NCBI GenBank assembly: GCA_963514005.1
Contig: OY740813.1
Location: 23,064,001 to 23,128,000 of the forward strand
Source of the DNA: Raja brachyura
Lineage: Eukaryota
Direction: 5' to 3'
DNA: 64,000 bases
The position numbers were made by a program, and so were the translations under genes. Each line of letters opens with the position of its first letter. The stretch's first letter is position 1. This document shows, one piece after another, positions 12,801-26,836 of this stretch. The notes under the pieces were generated by a model that was not told where the DNA came from, did not search any database, and worked only from the letters and a program-made list of their open reading frames with translations.

Positions 12801-15800
12801 AGTCATTAAAACTTAAAATGTCAGCTGGTGGTACTAGCCTGCGGACTTCCACACCTGAGCCCTGTGGCAGGCTGTTCGCATCACTGTCAGTAACAAACAC
12901 TGAATTCATATGCAGCCCGTCATTACTCCCCGGTTTTCGCATCTGACAGATGTGGTCTAAATGAGATTGATTAAAGTGTGCGCGCTTTCGGAGGATAAAG
13001 TTTCCAAGTTCACAAACAGTTTATTTTTATGTCTGCTCTCAAGAATATGAAAGATATGCACGCATGCTATTATCGCACAATGGTTTCATTTATGGTTCTC
13101 CCTGGATGACACCTCCACCAGCACCCAACTTCACCCATCTGCAAGCTGCCTTCAAACAACTTCCAACTGCAACGGGAGCAACATTGTGCAAATATTACAG
13201 TTATTAAGTGGGATGGCATTGCAATCTATCTAAAAATAAGGTAAGTTATTTAGAATTTAAAGAGCAAACATTAGAACTGCTTCTTTGGACATTTAGATAA
13301 AAAGACCAGCGGGTTTTACAACAACTGGCAAGTATACAAATCCCAATAAAAGACACTCACCCTCCTTAGTGAATATCATAATACTTGGCCAAACAAATCA
13401 CCACCCTCGCCCCTTCCCCAGGCATATAAGTGCCACTTTTGTTATCATAATTTGATATCACATTGATATTTATTCAAATTTAGCAGTTTAAATATACAAT
13501 GAGTGTAAATTGGAAATTTATCTTCAAATTAAGATGTACAATATAATAATTTTGTATATATATTCATGAAATTACAGGGCCTTATGCATGAATCTAGTAT
13601 AAAACCATCTTAAAATATCTTACAGTCAAGGGTGTTTTATTGTCATATGTCCCAGATAGAACAATGAAATTCTTACTTGCAGCAGCAATATGTAATCATA
13701 GTACTCTGTAAACAATATAATAAAGGAGAAGGAAAAAAAGTTCAGTATGTGTATATAAATACACTGAACTGCAGCCTATGATGGTAGAAAATGCCGGAAA
13801 TCTTCAACTGCTGGAGAAACAAACCCTTTCAGATTATTTCTAAGTTACCCCTTTCCCAGAGTCGATGATCCCATATCTCCATTTCGTTTAAATGACATAT
13901 TTTTCAGAATCCTGCACATCGCCATGAATTCAATCATTCTCGTCAACTCAAGAAAAGACGGATCTTGCTCAGTCACTGACTACCCCTTCACTTCAGTAAT
14001 CAAATCTTTACTGCACAGCTGGCCACGACAAGAATGTCCTTCATTTGGTAGAGAGGCATTAGCAAAATGTAAATTCATGCTCAGGTTTATTCTGCATACC
14101 AGGAATTCCAGTTTTGGCCAGGGGGCCTCGATCAATGAGATGAAAATTTTTAAGTTCGCTTTTACGGGACAAAGTCCAGGCTACCATATAATATTTGGAG
14201 AAGTGTCCTGACCCGAAACATCACCTATAAACGTTCTCCAGAGTTGCTTTTGGACTCACTGAGCTACTCGAGCACTTTGTGTCCTATTGTGTAAAGCAGC
14301 GTCTGGAGTTCCTTGGTTCTAACATATAATCACCCTTGTTTAGGAAGAACACTTGTCCATGATTCTTTTGCATGAGGGTCAGGTTTATAAAGCTTGAACA
14401 GCTATGCATGTTTTGCTTGCTTCTTTCTTTCTTCATTTTAGACAATTCTTGCTTGATAATCTTGTTGCTCATATTCTTACCCTTCATGCACATGAAGCTG
14501 ATCAAAGTCAGTAGCTGCAGAAAGCAGACCGCTGGCAGCTGTAGACACGTGGCCTTTAAAATAATCAGATGAATGAGAAGGCTCAAGTAACTGCCTAAAG
14601 ATTTGTTTTTTGTCAATAGACAATAGACAGTAGGTGCAGGAGCAGGCCAATAGATGCAGGAGTAGGCCAGAAGGAGGCAGGTATCGTTGCAAGGCATCTC
14701 GGCCTTATTGTCCACTGCAACTGTCCTGGAAAACATTGTGGTCGGCCATCGGCTTGAACCAGTGCTGTCTTTCCAGTGAAAGCGCCCCACAGTACATTTG
14801 GAAATGTGCTCCAGAATTTAGACCCAGCGACGATGTAGAAAAGGCAATATATTTTGATGCCATTGATAGATTAAAACCACCCAGAAATTAGTAAGTATTT
14901 GACATTCGCTCACACAGGTAAATGATAGAAGCTAAATGATCAAATCAATGCAGACAAACTTCAGCAGAGATGGACCAACATGGATCTCCAGTGGACCACA
15001 CACAGCCAGCCAGCGCTCACTACTATTACTGGCTTTCCCAGTAAGACTAATCTCATTTACCCAGCAAGTCAAAAATGCAGCTGCAGCAGACTAAATAAAT
15101 CACGATCAACAGCTAGAATCGTGATCAATATTCTCCTAGCTTTGTGGTCAAAACATGTAACGTTTTTACAATGGATGTGATGGGGAAGGGTGGATCAGAA
15201 TCAAACTTCTCAAATATTGTTGGTCTGCACTTTAAAAAACAAAATTACCGTTTACCTCCAAAAGATACCAGACCAAAATGCATTTTCCCCTGTTCTCATA
15301 AGAGATGTGGATAACCACCCTCTTCAGGTCACTTTGTTTAAGTCCAGAAATAACCACTGATGTTAAGTGATGGGAAGGGTCAATGATTTCACATCAGGGC
15401 TAGCCAGAATCAAAGCAAATAGAGTGACGGAGAATTACAATGGATGGTACAACAGCAAGATAATAGAGGTTAAAAGGCACAAATCAAACTGCTTTAACAA
15501 TCATAATTGGAAGCTATAGTGATAAATATTTTCTTCGCAAAAAATAAAAAGCAGCGTATGTTAAGAGACATGAGGTCTGGATAATTAGGCAGGGTACAGT
15601 GGGAATGTTTTGTTCCTATTTGTTCCTAACCTTCCCCACATTCAATTGCTTTACAAAACAGAAAATCAACGTTTATAAATTGCAGCACCAGCACACAACA
15701 ATATACACATTCTTGTTCATAAAGCACTGCTTTGTGAGCTCCACATGTGCCGAAATGCCTTCCCACTTTAGTTGTTTAAGGTAGATCCATAGCTGCCCAG

Positions 15801-17982
15801 ATGACAAATTAATATCATTCTACAGTCGTTGTTTGGTGCTTGGCATCACAGTTCTGAAGCCTGTGGGCCCATCAGAGCTGAAACTGCTCAGATCTTCGGC
15901 AATCCATAAGTGTCTCTCTAGAGGCCAGTGCTTGCATCAGTATGAAATACGATATCATAAATCAGGCTGCAGAAGTGGCACTCGCACACATCACCATCTA
16001 TCTCACCACTCCTCTCTGAAGGGTCTTGGGTAGAGCTTATCTTTCAGCGGTGCAGCAAGGGACCAGACAATCAAGCGGCTGGCATTGACAAAACATGTGC
16101 AGCTTACATCTGAAGACTACAACTTGGAGGCTGTGTGAGAAAAAAAAAAAGGTCCTGCTGGTACTGCCTTGCCTTGGGCACCAGCAGAATTGGTGGTGGC
16201 ATATCTTCAAAAGGCAGAGTGCCTGAGTGCATGCAACCCACAGAAACACAGGGAGCCTCCGGCCTCGATTCCTTGAACTGGAGAATGTTCAAAGCCCAGA
16301 AATGTATCTGCAGGGCTTAACAGCTGCCACCACAAACCCGAGATGGCTCCAGTTTTGAGTAGCACTCAAGATTCATGCAAAAGAATATTTCAAGTTGCCA
16401 TTATTGCCTGTCATGGGTTTATAAATATTGCTTACTATCTGCCGCGCTGAATTCCTCATGGGACCATACTACGTGACAACATAAGAGAATGAAAAATACA
16501 TGCCTGTTCTTTTGAAAAATTTCACTTTCGCTTTGCCAACATTTTATCCATTCACTGATTACTATAACTAAGTAGATTTAGTGCAGTAGGTATCGGATTT
16601 TATTTCCTATGTATTTCAATTGCAGGCTTAATTATGCTAGTTTAATTACTTTCCAAATGCCAATTTACAAGTCGAAACCAGAGGCTGCAGGACATTTGCT
16701 GTGGAATTGTACCCGTGATATGCTGCTGTATGCGTACCCTATAGCCACTTTAGTTCCGCAAAGGCAGTCTGACAATTAGTACAAAAGGGAATATTGTTAA
16801 AAGAAATGCACAATGAAAAACGCTGAGATGAAAGGCCCAAAAAGGCCACAATTTTTCAAATTCCTCAGTTCCCATCCCCCTTCAAGCCTGCACAACTGTG
16901 ACAAACAAAAGCATGGTTTAACACCACCCTCAAAGGGCGAAATTTACTGTTTCAAAGTTCTCATTTAAAAAAGACCATCTCGAACTGTAGTGGGGGTAAA
17001 GCAATCAGTTTTGCACATCTCTTCCCTAATTTTGGGTGCTCATGAAGCATTATTTCTCACCACTCAATAGCAAAAGGAGAAAAAGAGCCCCAGTTACTGA
17101 ACGATCTGCAGCTAGTTAGGCAAAGCAAATGTACCACTCCCCAGGGCTCAGTGAATTCATGCACTGCCTAAGGGTGGAATTGAGCCATGAGGATCAGTAA
17201 GCCTGTGACCAGCTTTGCCCTCGGTTCCAATGTCGGCTGCTATATCCCGTAGTACCTCAGGTGGGAATGGGGAGGAAAAGGCAACGGTGATCTCACATGA
17301 CTACGTATTGGATAGACATTAGTACAGTTGTGCTGTTCCAGCGATCGAATTGCAAGGCAACCGTATGAGGGTGAAAATTAAGGGAACATAAATACAAGTT
17401 AAATAAAATGCATGCAAACAATTGATTGACAATAAATCAATCTCAAATTAGCAAGCAACAACCTTGGGTGAAGGAGAAACATTTTAATGAACCATGTTCA
17501 CACTAACTGCCACCAGCAGAGTCTGCTACGCAGTTTTTAAACATCTCCCACCATACACACAGAAAAAAACTGCTCACTCACTGGCACAGAGCAGCTTTGA
17601 AACCTAACATTAACAACTAGTTCAATGGCTTTAAAATGCAACTATTTAAAAATCATGACTAGCTCAGAATTCAACTCTATTTAAGCTCCTTCTGTGTTGC
17701 AGATAACTTGTGTTTCCAATACACTGAGTGTGGCCACCCAACGTGCACTCATTTTAAGACAGGTAAAATACCTTATTATCTAGGAAAAGTTCATATCTTT
17801 GAACGCTTATTCCTAAGACACTGGACTGCAAGATAATTCAGTTTATATTTCTTTCAGGTTAAAGCTATTCCTTGCACTTTGTGTGTTGCCTTTTTGAGCT
17901 GTGTAAACCCCGATACATTGCGTCTTTCCGAGATATGGATAAATTGTCTGAAACAGTTTTCCTAGATATCATAATGTAATAA

Positions 17983-18160
17983 CAAGAAATTGCAGATGCT
18001 GGTTTACAAAAGGCACAAAATACTGGAGTAACTCAGCATCTCTGGAGAACATGGATAGGTGATGTTTCAGGTTGGTATTCTTCTTCTCAACCTGAAACGC
18101 CAACAATCCATGTTCTCCAAAGGCGATGCCTGACCTGCTGAGTTTCTCCAGCATATTGTC
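17983..18160. mobile_element. Palindromic pLTR-derived element, decayed
   Basis: ctggagtaactcagc...ggagaacatggat mirrored by atccatgttctcc...gctgagtttctccag. Confidence 0.7.
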
Positions 18161-19593
18161 TTCCTTTACCCAGATAGCACATCTGGATTATTTGAACACG
18201 GTTTATGGTTTTTCTTTTTTTAAAAGCTAACGGACTCCATGAATCACAAAATCCACAGGAAGGGAGTCATTTCCCGTTGCTGGGATAACCCGTTTCTCCA
18301 CGACTCATCACAATCTAATATATCACAATGCAAGTGTGAATACCTATATATGGAATGTTTAAGAAGGAACTGCAGATGCTGGACAATCGACGGTAGACAA
18401 AAATGCTGGAGAAACTCAGCGGATAGATGCGGCCTCACCCGCTGAATTTCACCAGCATTTTTGTATACCTACATATGGAACCCCAAATGAGTCATGTGCT
18501 ACACTGAGGATTTAAGAATGGCTGGGCTTGTGGGGATAGTGACTGCTACCTTCAGTAATGTCCAGACTTCTAAACAAAAGAACCAAGAAAATGGGAACGC
18601 ATAGCTTTCATCATAGTAAACAGTCTACATACCAACGATTGGAGTCCATTAGTACCACACCCAATTGAAACGGGCACAACATTTGATGAGTGTTTAGTGA
18701 CCTGCTGCTTGATAACCTCATTGACCAGGACTGGACAAGTAGCACAAAGAAATCCTTTAAGATGCCACAGTGCAAGTATTTTCCAAATGTAAAGAAGTCC
18801 CTTTTCAGCTTCCGATGGCAGGCATCAGAACTCTGATGTTCTGAAAAGCCCCAACCTGAAAGGTCGCCTATCCATGTTCCCCCAGAAAACATTCTTAAAC
18901 GGAACATGTTTGAGTGAAAGGTTTCCTCATTAGTGTGAACACAACAACTTCAAGTCCAAGAGTCTGAAGAAGGGTCTCGACTCAAAATATCACCTCCATG
19001 TTCTCCTGACCAGCTGAGTGACTCCAGCACTCTGCACCCTTCTGCGTAAACCAGCACCCGCATTTCCTTGTTTCTGCATCAAAATTCATTTTTGACCACC
19101 AAAAATATGGTACAGAATAAGACCGTAAAGGACCTACATGTAAAAATAGAGTTGAGAATCTAGGAAGACCGCTCCTAAACATCTATCAGGCACCTTTGCA
19201 CATCAGCACAGCTTATGACTAGGAAATGATAATTGCTAAATCACAGGTACAAACTTACTTGTTGCATCAAACTTTGTAGCTTTCATCAGAAGATTGCAAA
19301 AATGCAAAAAAATAAATAAATACTCACCCCTCTGAATAAATAATGTGCAAACTTGGTTAATAACGCACTGACGGGAATATACTAGTGCCCCCCCCACAAT
19401 ATTGTAGCTTTTCTGAAACAATTAGAGAATGGAGTCTGTTTCAATGTCATTCTGTTCTTCGCATCTCTCTCTAAGGAGATGCTGCACCTTCCTATAGTTC
19501 TTCTCAAATAACTCCTGTTCTCCATCTATACTCAATCACAGGGAACTGACCAGGAAGCCTTTTTACCCCGCTGAACTGTTTAATTACAAGAGC

Positions 19594-19935
19594 TGGGCAA
19601 CGCAGTGATGCGGCTGGTAGAGCCGCTGCCTCACAGCTCCAGCAGCCCAGTTTAATGCTGACCTTAGGTGTTGTCTGTGTGGAGTTGGCATGTTCTCCAT
19701 GACCTTGTGGGCTTCCACTGGGTCTCCAGCTTCCTCCCACATGCCAAAGACATGCAGGTTGCTAGGTTAATTGGCCGCAGTAAATTCCCTCCAGCAATGA
19801 GCAGCAGAATCCGGGAAGCGGTTGATGGCAATGTGGAGAGAATACAATGGGATCGTGGGGGATTACTGTTAATTAGTGCTGGGTTGTGGACGCTACAGAC
19901 ACGAGATCTGCTTCAATGTCTAACGCTTCTACAAT
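19594..19935 (+). mobile_element. HE1-type / V-SINE, older subfamily
   Basis: Head and V-domain present. Confidence 0.75.
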
Positions 19936-20094
19936 CTCTGGTTGGATGAGAATGGCCATTGTGTTGATAACTGCCAGGATATCAGAGTCATAACAGAACA
20001 GAAGACAGCAAGACAGCTATTCCGTTTGCTAGTTCTCTGCAATTGAGGCAAGCATGATAAGAAACAAATAGAAGGAAAAGTCATTCAACGCCTT

Positions 20095-20510
20095 TTAGTT
20101 TAGGTTACTGTCACATGTACCAGGGTACAGTGAAAAGCTTTTGCAGCGTGGTAACCAGCCAGTGAAAAGACAATACATGATTATAATCAAGCCACCCAAA
20201 GTCTACAGATACATGATAAAGGGAATAACATGAATAATGATTAGAGCAAGATAATGTCTAGTAAAGTCCAATTAGTGATAGTCCGAGTGTCTCCAATGAA
20301 CTAGATAGCAGATCAGGACTGCTCACTAGTTGGTAGGATGATTCAGATGCCTGATAACAGCTGTGAAGAAACTGTCCCTGAATCTGAAGGAGTGCATTTT
20401 CACACTTCTATACCTCATGCCTGATGAGAGAGGGGAGAAGAGGGTGACTGGGGTAGCACTCGTTCTTGATTGTGCTGGTGGCCTTGCCGAGGCAGCGCAA
20501 GATGGAAATG
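20095..20510 (-). mobile_element. Rex1/Babar-like LINE 3' fragment
   Basis: Reverse complement of the 63250-63570 type sequence (cctgataacagctgtgaagaaactgtccctgaatctg). Shorter tails at about 57455-57590, 59390-59640 and 62215-62315. Confidence 0.65.
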
Positions 20511-21516
20511 GAGCCTTGAGCCTGTTCCTCTATTCAACAATGTCGTGGCTGAACTTCTACTTCAAGTCTATTTGATCCCAAGTTGATCGACCCGAAGCTA
20601 GACAGTGATATCACACATTGCTGTGCTCAATGATGTTGTGGAGCATAGGAGTGGCTGACTACACAGACAGCTCAGCATCCTTGCCAGCCTCTTAGGGCCT
20701 ATACACGTAACCACTCAAGTTATGCATGAAGATCAATAGGATGGTTGTTAAATAATTGTCATCCATCTCTAAACACTACATTGAAGCAATAAACTGGGAG
20801 ACATTGACAGCTCTCCAAATACCATTCTAAGCTCATTGCTGGGGTGTCAGGTGCAGAGCAAGTAGATTGAAGTTTTTTTAAAACAGATTTCCGTGGATGA
20901 ATTTGAAAACAATTTGACTTCACAGAATGCACATTAAATGTCATATTTAGTTCCTACTGAACGGCAAAATGCTGAGGAAATTTGGTGGCTACACTTTTAA
21001 GTATCCAAAGAAAAAAAATCTCAAATGACTCCAACTTTGTGCAAGTTACGTGACTAAAGTGGAAAATATAGAAATATGCCAAAACCTGCAACTCGTGTGC
21101 TCATGAGTGAATAAAGAACCAAGAGACGCAGGGCAGAATAAATTTAGTTATTGGCATCCATCTGGAATATTCATCTATATATTTAAATTATACCTATTAT
21201 TTAATACCTTAATAGGGTTTAAATTAATATTGTTCAACAGAAATGGGAAAACACTGAAGTTAACCACTTATGCACCAGAAGTAACGACTAGAAAAGGGCA
21301 TTTAAACAAATGCTCTAGCAAGCCCTATATACATTTCACAGTTAGAACACTCACTTTACTTTCCTATGGGAGCAGTAGCCTTGTGTTTAAGAAAATCACT
21401 TTACCAACCTCCAAGTCCCCGATCATTTAACTGGTTAATAATTTCCAAACAGTCCAACTACCCTGCATTTCACAGATAGCTCTTTGTTCCTATAGGAGTG
21501 GAAATTGTTCCAGAAC

Positions 21517-21764
21517 CAATGGCCGTGGAACTTAACACCGCCCGCCTGCAGCTTCAACCTCGGGAGTGAGATGGTGCGGGGGAGAGAGAAGACTTTGCCT
21601 TCCATCACAGTGAGGATGAGATTCACTGTGATGGATGTTTGTGTGAATTGAATTGTCTGTGTATTTTTTTTTTATGATTTATGTATGGCATGTAGAAACG
21701 GAGTTTCGTTCGAGCCTCTCTGAGGTTCGAATGACAAATAATAAAATCAAATCAAATCAAAATC
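21517..21764 (+). mobile_element. Short non-LTR retroposon with 15-bp TSD, two hairpins and an (AAATC)n tail
   Basis: TSD AAATTGTTCCAGAAC at 21502-16 and 21765-79. Confidence 0.85.
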
Positions 21765-23598
21765 AAATTGTTCCAGAACACTTATGATTATCCAAATTTA
21801 TAAACACGATCGTGTTTAGTACTTTTCATAAGCAAACAACCACCCGTGGAGGGCAGAATATGGCAGTGAAGATAACCTGAGCTGCATGAAACTATCTGGA
21901 GGACTGAATTCAGTTCCCAGGGAGTGCTGGCCATGAAGGGGATTGATGCTGCTCAGATTCGGCAGAGTAATAGTCCAACACTATGAAAAAACCAAAGACA
22001 CATTGAACAAGCGAAGCGCGCATTTTCTCAAAATAATTACCTAGCTTTAACATTTAAAGTTTTTAAAGACAATTGAAGGATGGAACAGAGTCGGTAAGAG
22101 AAACTATTTTATCTGGAGGAGAATTCAGAACAGGTCAAATTACAGATGAGCCTGGCTACTCCGGAAGCACTTTAGTGCATGGAAATCTGGAGTTCTTTCT
22201 TAAAGAGACAAATTGAGAATGGTTCAAGACTGGGTGTGATAATACACTTTCTTAACAATAAAATGAAGAGACCCAAGTTAGGTAGCTGGAATTAAGACAC
22301 GGATCAGGAGTGATCTAGCTGAATGGCATTGGTTGAATTGTCTATTCCTGTTCTGTTGTTTCCATCAACCTCCATCAACAGGTCATTCAAATGTCAATGT
22401 AGAACAAAATAAAAACTTTGCATCTGAAGAAGGACCCCAATCTGAAATGTCACATGTCCATTCCCTCCACAGATGCTGCCTGACCCACTGAATTACTCCA
22501 GCACTTTATACTTTACTCAAGATTCCAGCATCTGCAGTCTCCATCATGCAAGCAATTGAGTCTTTAATCTCTTCTCAATGACAAGTTCAGCTGCATTCGG
22601 CTCACTTCCCAAGAATTTTCTTTTACTTTAATATCCACATCCTTCTTTCCATATACAATGGAAAAGAACATTTCATTACCTAGAATCCCTTTTATAAGGA
22701 ATATACACTATGCTCAGAACTTCACATTCACCTACATCAAGGTCTCAGAAATTTTATTAGTTGCAATTTATCTCCCATTCGTAGCATAGTTTGGCGCTCA
22801 TTTCATCTTTTTAGAGACAATACTTTGTCCACATATTTTCTTTTGTCTCCTAATCTAAAATACTGTTAAATTGTTTTAAATTTAATTCACATCGAAAAAC
22901 TTCCTTCAGCCCACATAGCAGGACAGAAAGCACATGTTCTGCTGTGCATGAAGCCAACACATAGGCTGGTACAACAGTTTATTCAAAGATCAGCCCAAAT
23001 TCCCTCCGTGCGGATAAATTCAGTCAAGAAGTATATGTTTAATGAACTCTATACAAAAATGAGCATGTGATTCTTCTTTGCACTTAGAAATATTATAGTG
23101 CTAATATATTATTCTTCCCCACAGTGCAAATATGAGGTCCCCAGGTTACAAACAATTCTCAGGTATAGTGGCCTGTTGTAACCCAAACTCTTTGTAGGTT
23201 GGAAATGAACAGAAACAGCCTCAATCAGTGAGCGGGTGGGTGAGTGAGTTTGTTCACCACTCCCAGCACTGCTCGGCTTAGAGGGAGAGTCAAGAAGGCA
23301 CGAGTAGACGGTAGAAAGGGTAGGGTAGTAATGGCTTGTTCCCACCAGGCAGAGGATGCCTGCAGCTACCAGAAAATTCACCCTTTTATCCCTCCTGATC
23401 TCCAGAATGCTCCGCAAGTGGAGCATTTATAAGCCAGCAGGACATGTAAATATTTAATTGGCCAACAGGTAAATTACCTGAAGAGAATTATTTTGCTACA
23501 AACAACTTCTTAATTTAGCCTTTGCAGTTATTTTAAGGTGAACGTTTTCTTCAATGTTAGAAATAACTTCCACAAGCAGGGAAAGCTTTATTACGCAC

Positions 23599-23848
23599 TT
23601 TAGACTTGAGAGATACAGCTTGGAAATAGGCCCTTCATCCCATCCAGTCTGTGCTGACCAGCGATCACCCTGTACACCATACACAACGAGCAATTTACTA
23701 TTTTCACTGACGCCAATTAACCCACAAACCTGTAAGTCTTTGGAGTGTGGGAGGAAACCAGAAACTCCCGGAGAATATACAAACTCCACACGGACAGCAC
23801 CCATAGTCAGGATCAAACCAGGTACGCCAGCAACTACCGCTGTGCCAA
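23599..23848 (-). mobile_element. HE1-type SINE
   Basis: V-domain and tail present. Confidence 0.8.
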
Positions 23849-24877
23849 CCTCAAAGTCCTTTTCAAAATGCCAGATTGTCTGGTGGGAATGGATCATTTC
23901 CCTACCACTCGGACCTTCTGAATTTGGTTATCAGAGAACATTAAAAATAAATTCATGGTTCAGGTATTGGATGGGACACTAAAGAACTCGGTTATTAACA
24001 TGTCTCTTATTATATGCGTCTAGCTACTTTAGGAATTCAATGCCAGTTAAAATCATCCATTGCAATTTAAAAAAATGCTGTGCTTGTCTATAACACCTAT
24101 TTCTTTGAAAGAAATATTGCTGTCCTCTTCCTAGATTCCTTTAAAGCGCTAGCTGAACGTCCCTTGCAAGAGAGATCAGTGGCTTTCATAATTTGCTTCC
24201 TGTGATCTAGACAAGCTTGGAGACGGCATATTATTTCTTCTTTAATCCAAAATTGCTGTAAGCAAATTGTGTCCAATATAAAGGAAACAAGTGCAAAACT
24301 CGCTCACTGCATTTCCACATCACCAAAGGACCACTCAGAAGCTCAACATTAATGGACCAATTTCACACATTTATTCCTTTGTAGGGAAAAAGGAACATTT
24401 CCTCCAGCCTCACGAGATTTGCTGATTTTATATTGATCTCCTCCAGCTCTGGAATCGGAGTTCAAGTTAAATACCATTACACCCACAACCACATCTGTCA
24501 ACACTCTAAAGACATAGATCTTTCATCTCGATCTTATCTCCTCCAATGAACATGATCTTTTCATCAAAAGAATCTCAAAAATAACCTGCAGCCTCCAGAA
24601 ACTTGCCTCCCTCGGTCAATTTGAAAATAACTTCTTAGTAACGTCAGTCATTGCCTATTGTACTCTGTTGCAGAATTATAATTGTAACATCTTATTAAAC
24701 TGATCTTTAACAAAGCTTTCATTTCTATGCAATTCTTGGGTCTTTACTTTTGAACTCGGTTCTTTTCAATTTTCCTCAGCCGTCATACAAATTTTGCTAT
24801 ATCAAATCTAAATGACCCAAAACCATAAAGTGGTAGAGGAATTCCGTTGGCTAGGCAGCATCTGGAGAGGGAACAGA

Positions 24878-25522
24878 TCATAAGACATGGAGAACAATTG
24901 AGTCACTCAGCCCATCAAGTCTGCTCGGCCATTCGATCACAGTTGATCTATTTTCCCCTCTCAACCCCCTCTCCTGCCCTCTACCTGGAATCTTTGACAT
25001 CCTTACTAATCAAGAACGTATCAATCTCCACTTTAAAAATACCCAATGACGGCCTCCACCAGAGTCTGTGGCAATGAATTCCACAGCTTCACTACCGTCT
25101 GGCTAAAGAAACTTCTCCTCATCGCCATTCTGAAGGTACATCCTTTTATTCTGAAGCTGTGCCCTCTGCTCCTAGTCTCTCCCACTACATACTGAAAACA
25201 TCCTCTCCACATCCACTCCATCTAGGCCTTTCATTATTCAGTTGCTTCAATGGGATCCCCTCTCATTCTTCTAAACCACAGTAGTTATATGCCCAGAGCC
25301 GTCAAATGCATCCTCATTTCATAGTCATCCTCCGAATCATTCTTCCCCGGAACCTCTTCCACACCAGAACATCTTTCCTCAGATATAGGGCCTAGAACTA
25401 CCTCCAACATTCAAAATATGGTCTGATCTGTGCCTTATAAAGCCTAAGTATTGCATCCTTCCTTTAATATTCTAGTCCTTTCGCAAAGAATGCTAACATT
25501 GCATTTGCATTCCTTGCTACCT
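24878..25522 (-). mobile_element. CR1 3' fragment nested in a palindromic pLTR element (about 24850-24877 and 25523-25648)
   Basis: ORF 25033-25221 (RSRGHSFRIKG...FFSQTVVKLWNSLPQ); pLTR sequence resumes on both sides. Confidence 0.8.
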
Positions 25523-25790
25523 ACAGGCGATGGTCCAGGTCAAGACCTTTCAGGATCCAATTCCTCCACAGATGCTGCTTGACCGTCGAGTTCCTCCATC
25601 ACCTAGTGTTTTGAAAGATTCCAGCATCTACAGTTCCTAATGTCTCTGAATAACCCAACGAATATTAGGCCCAAAACATTCATTCACATCCATTGTACTG
25701 AATTCTCTAGAGGGACAAAGAGGAGCGGAAACAGCAAAAAAACTACTTTACTAGTGTAGCCTGCCAGCTGTTACTAAAACATGCTCTTAC

Positions 25791-25849
25791 CTCCATGTCT
25801 GGCTTGTACCGATCTTCAAATACTGCCATTGCTGCCAAAGATCCAGAAC
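25791..25849 (-). CDS. PSMB7: PSMB7 exon 6 (GSGSLAAMAVFEDRYKPDME)
   Basis: Acceptor tgtacacAG, donor GTAAGA; 59 nt; contains the GSG motif. Confidence 0.97.
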
Positions 25850-26836
25850 CTGTGTACAGATTAAACACATTAAAACAATCAGGTACTTCCAAAACTCAAT
25901 GTAAATGTGAAACCATCCAATCACATTACAGTTACATGTAATTATTTGCATAAATACTTCTAAAGTTTATTAACATATAGCTAAATGTGCCATAAACTGA
26001 CACAAGCACAATGTACTTCCCTTTAAGTTTAATAATGCAACCTTAAATCTCTGTTGTAATGTACATTTTGTTTCAAATTTATCATGATCCTTCCACATTT
26101 GCCATCTAGTCAGTTGCAGGAGATATGGAAGCTGTTCGGTGGTGTTAACTACTGTACTAGTGCTAGTTTGAAAATAATTATAAGAGGATGGGAACACATA
26201 TGATGAGTATTGAGTGTTATGGACGGATTTTCTTTAGGAAAGCACATCACGGTACTGAATATCTTACAGCAAGCAGCTAGTCGAACTTATACCAATATCA
26301 GAAATTAGGAGTAAATTGAAGAACATTTTAAACAAATAGTCTTAAAATAGAATAGCCTGCAAATACTCAAGAAAGCCAAGCAGCATCTGTGGAGAAAGTA
26401 ATCATTGAGGCAATAATCTGTTACAATTTAGAAATAAAGCATGTTTTACATTGCAGAGAAGGGGGAGAGCTGGGAGGAACAATGGGAATAACTTTGATGG
26501 GATGGAAACTGAGAGACTAAAGGACACAAGTTGTGATGGTGCCTGCTGAGAGGTTGGTGAAGACGAGAGATGTAAATAGATCATACAGGAGGAGAAAAAG
26601 AAAAAATCCTGGATATGTAACACACACGTTAGGGAAGCAAAAAGTAATGTCAGAAACCTAAATAATGAGCAGAAAACACGAGAAATAAAGACAAAGTGCT
26701 GAAGTAACACAGCAGGTCAGGCAGCATCTCAGAAGAACATGGATGGGTGACATTTTATGTCCGGAATAATGAAAAGGTGACCCAAAACGCCACCTACCCA
26801 TGTTCTCCAAGTTGCTGTCTGCCCCGCTGAGTGTTT

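Noticed and set aside
14284-14790. 168-aa minus-strand ORF as a possible nested gene
   Set aside because: No recognisable domain; it runs through two repeat fragments and has no supporting splice structure.
23130-23210. Possible Tigger/mariner-like terminus (ggtccccaggttacaaac)
   Set aside because: No matching second TIR or TA duplication found.
23465-23492. 14-bp identity (aattacctgaagag) with the exon 4 donor region, possibly a duplicated exon
   Set aside because: Similarity does not extend into coding sequence; compatible with chance.
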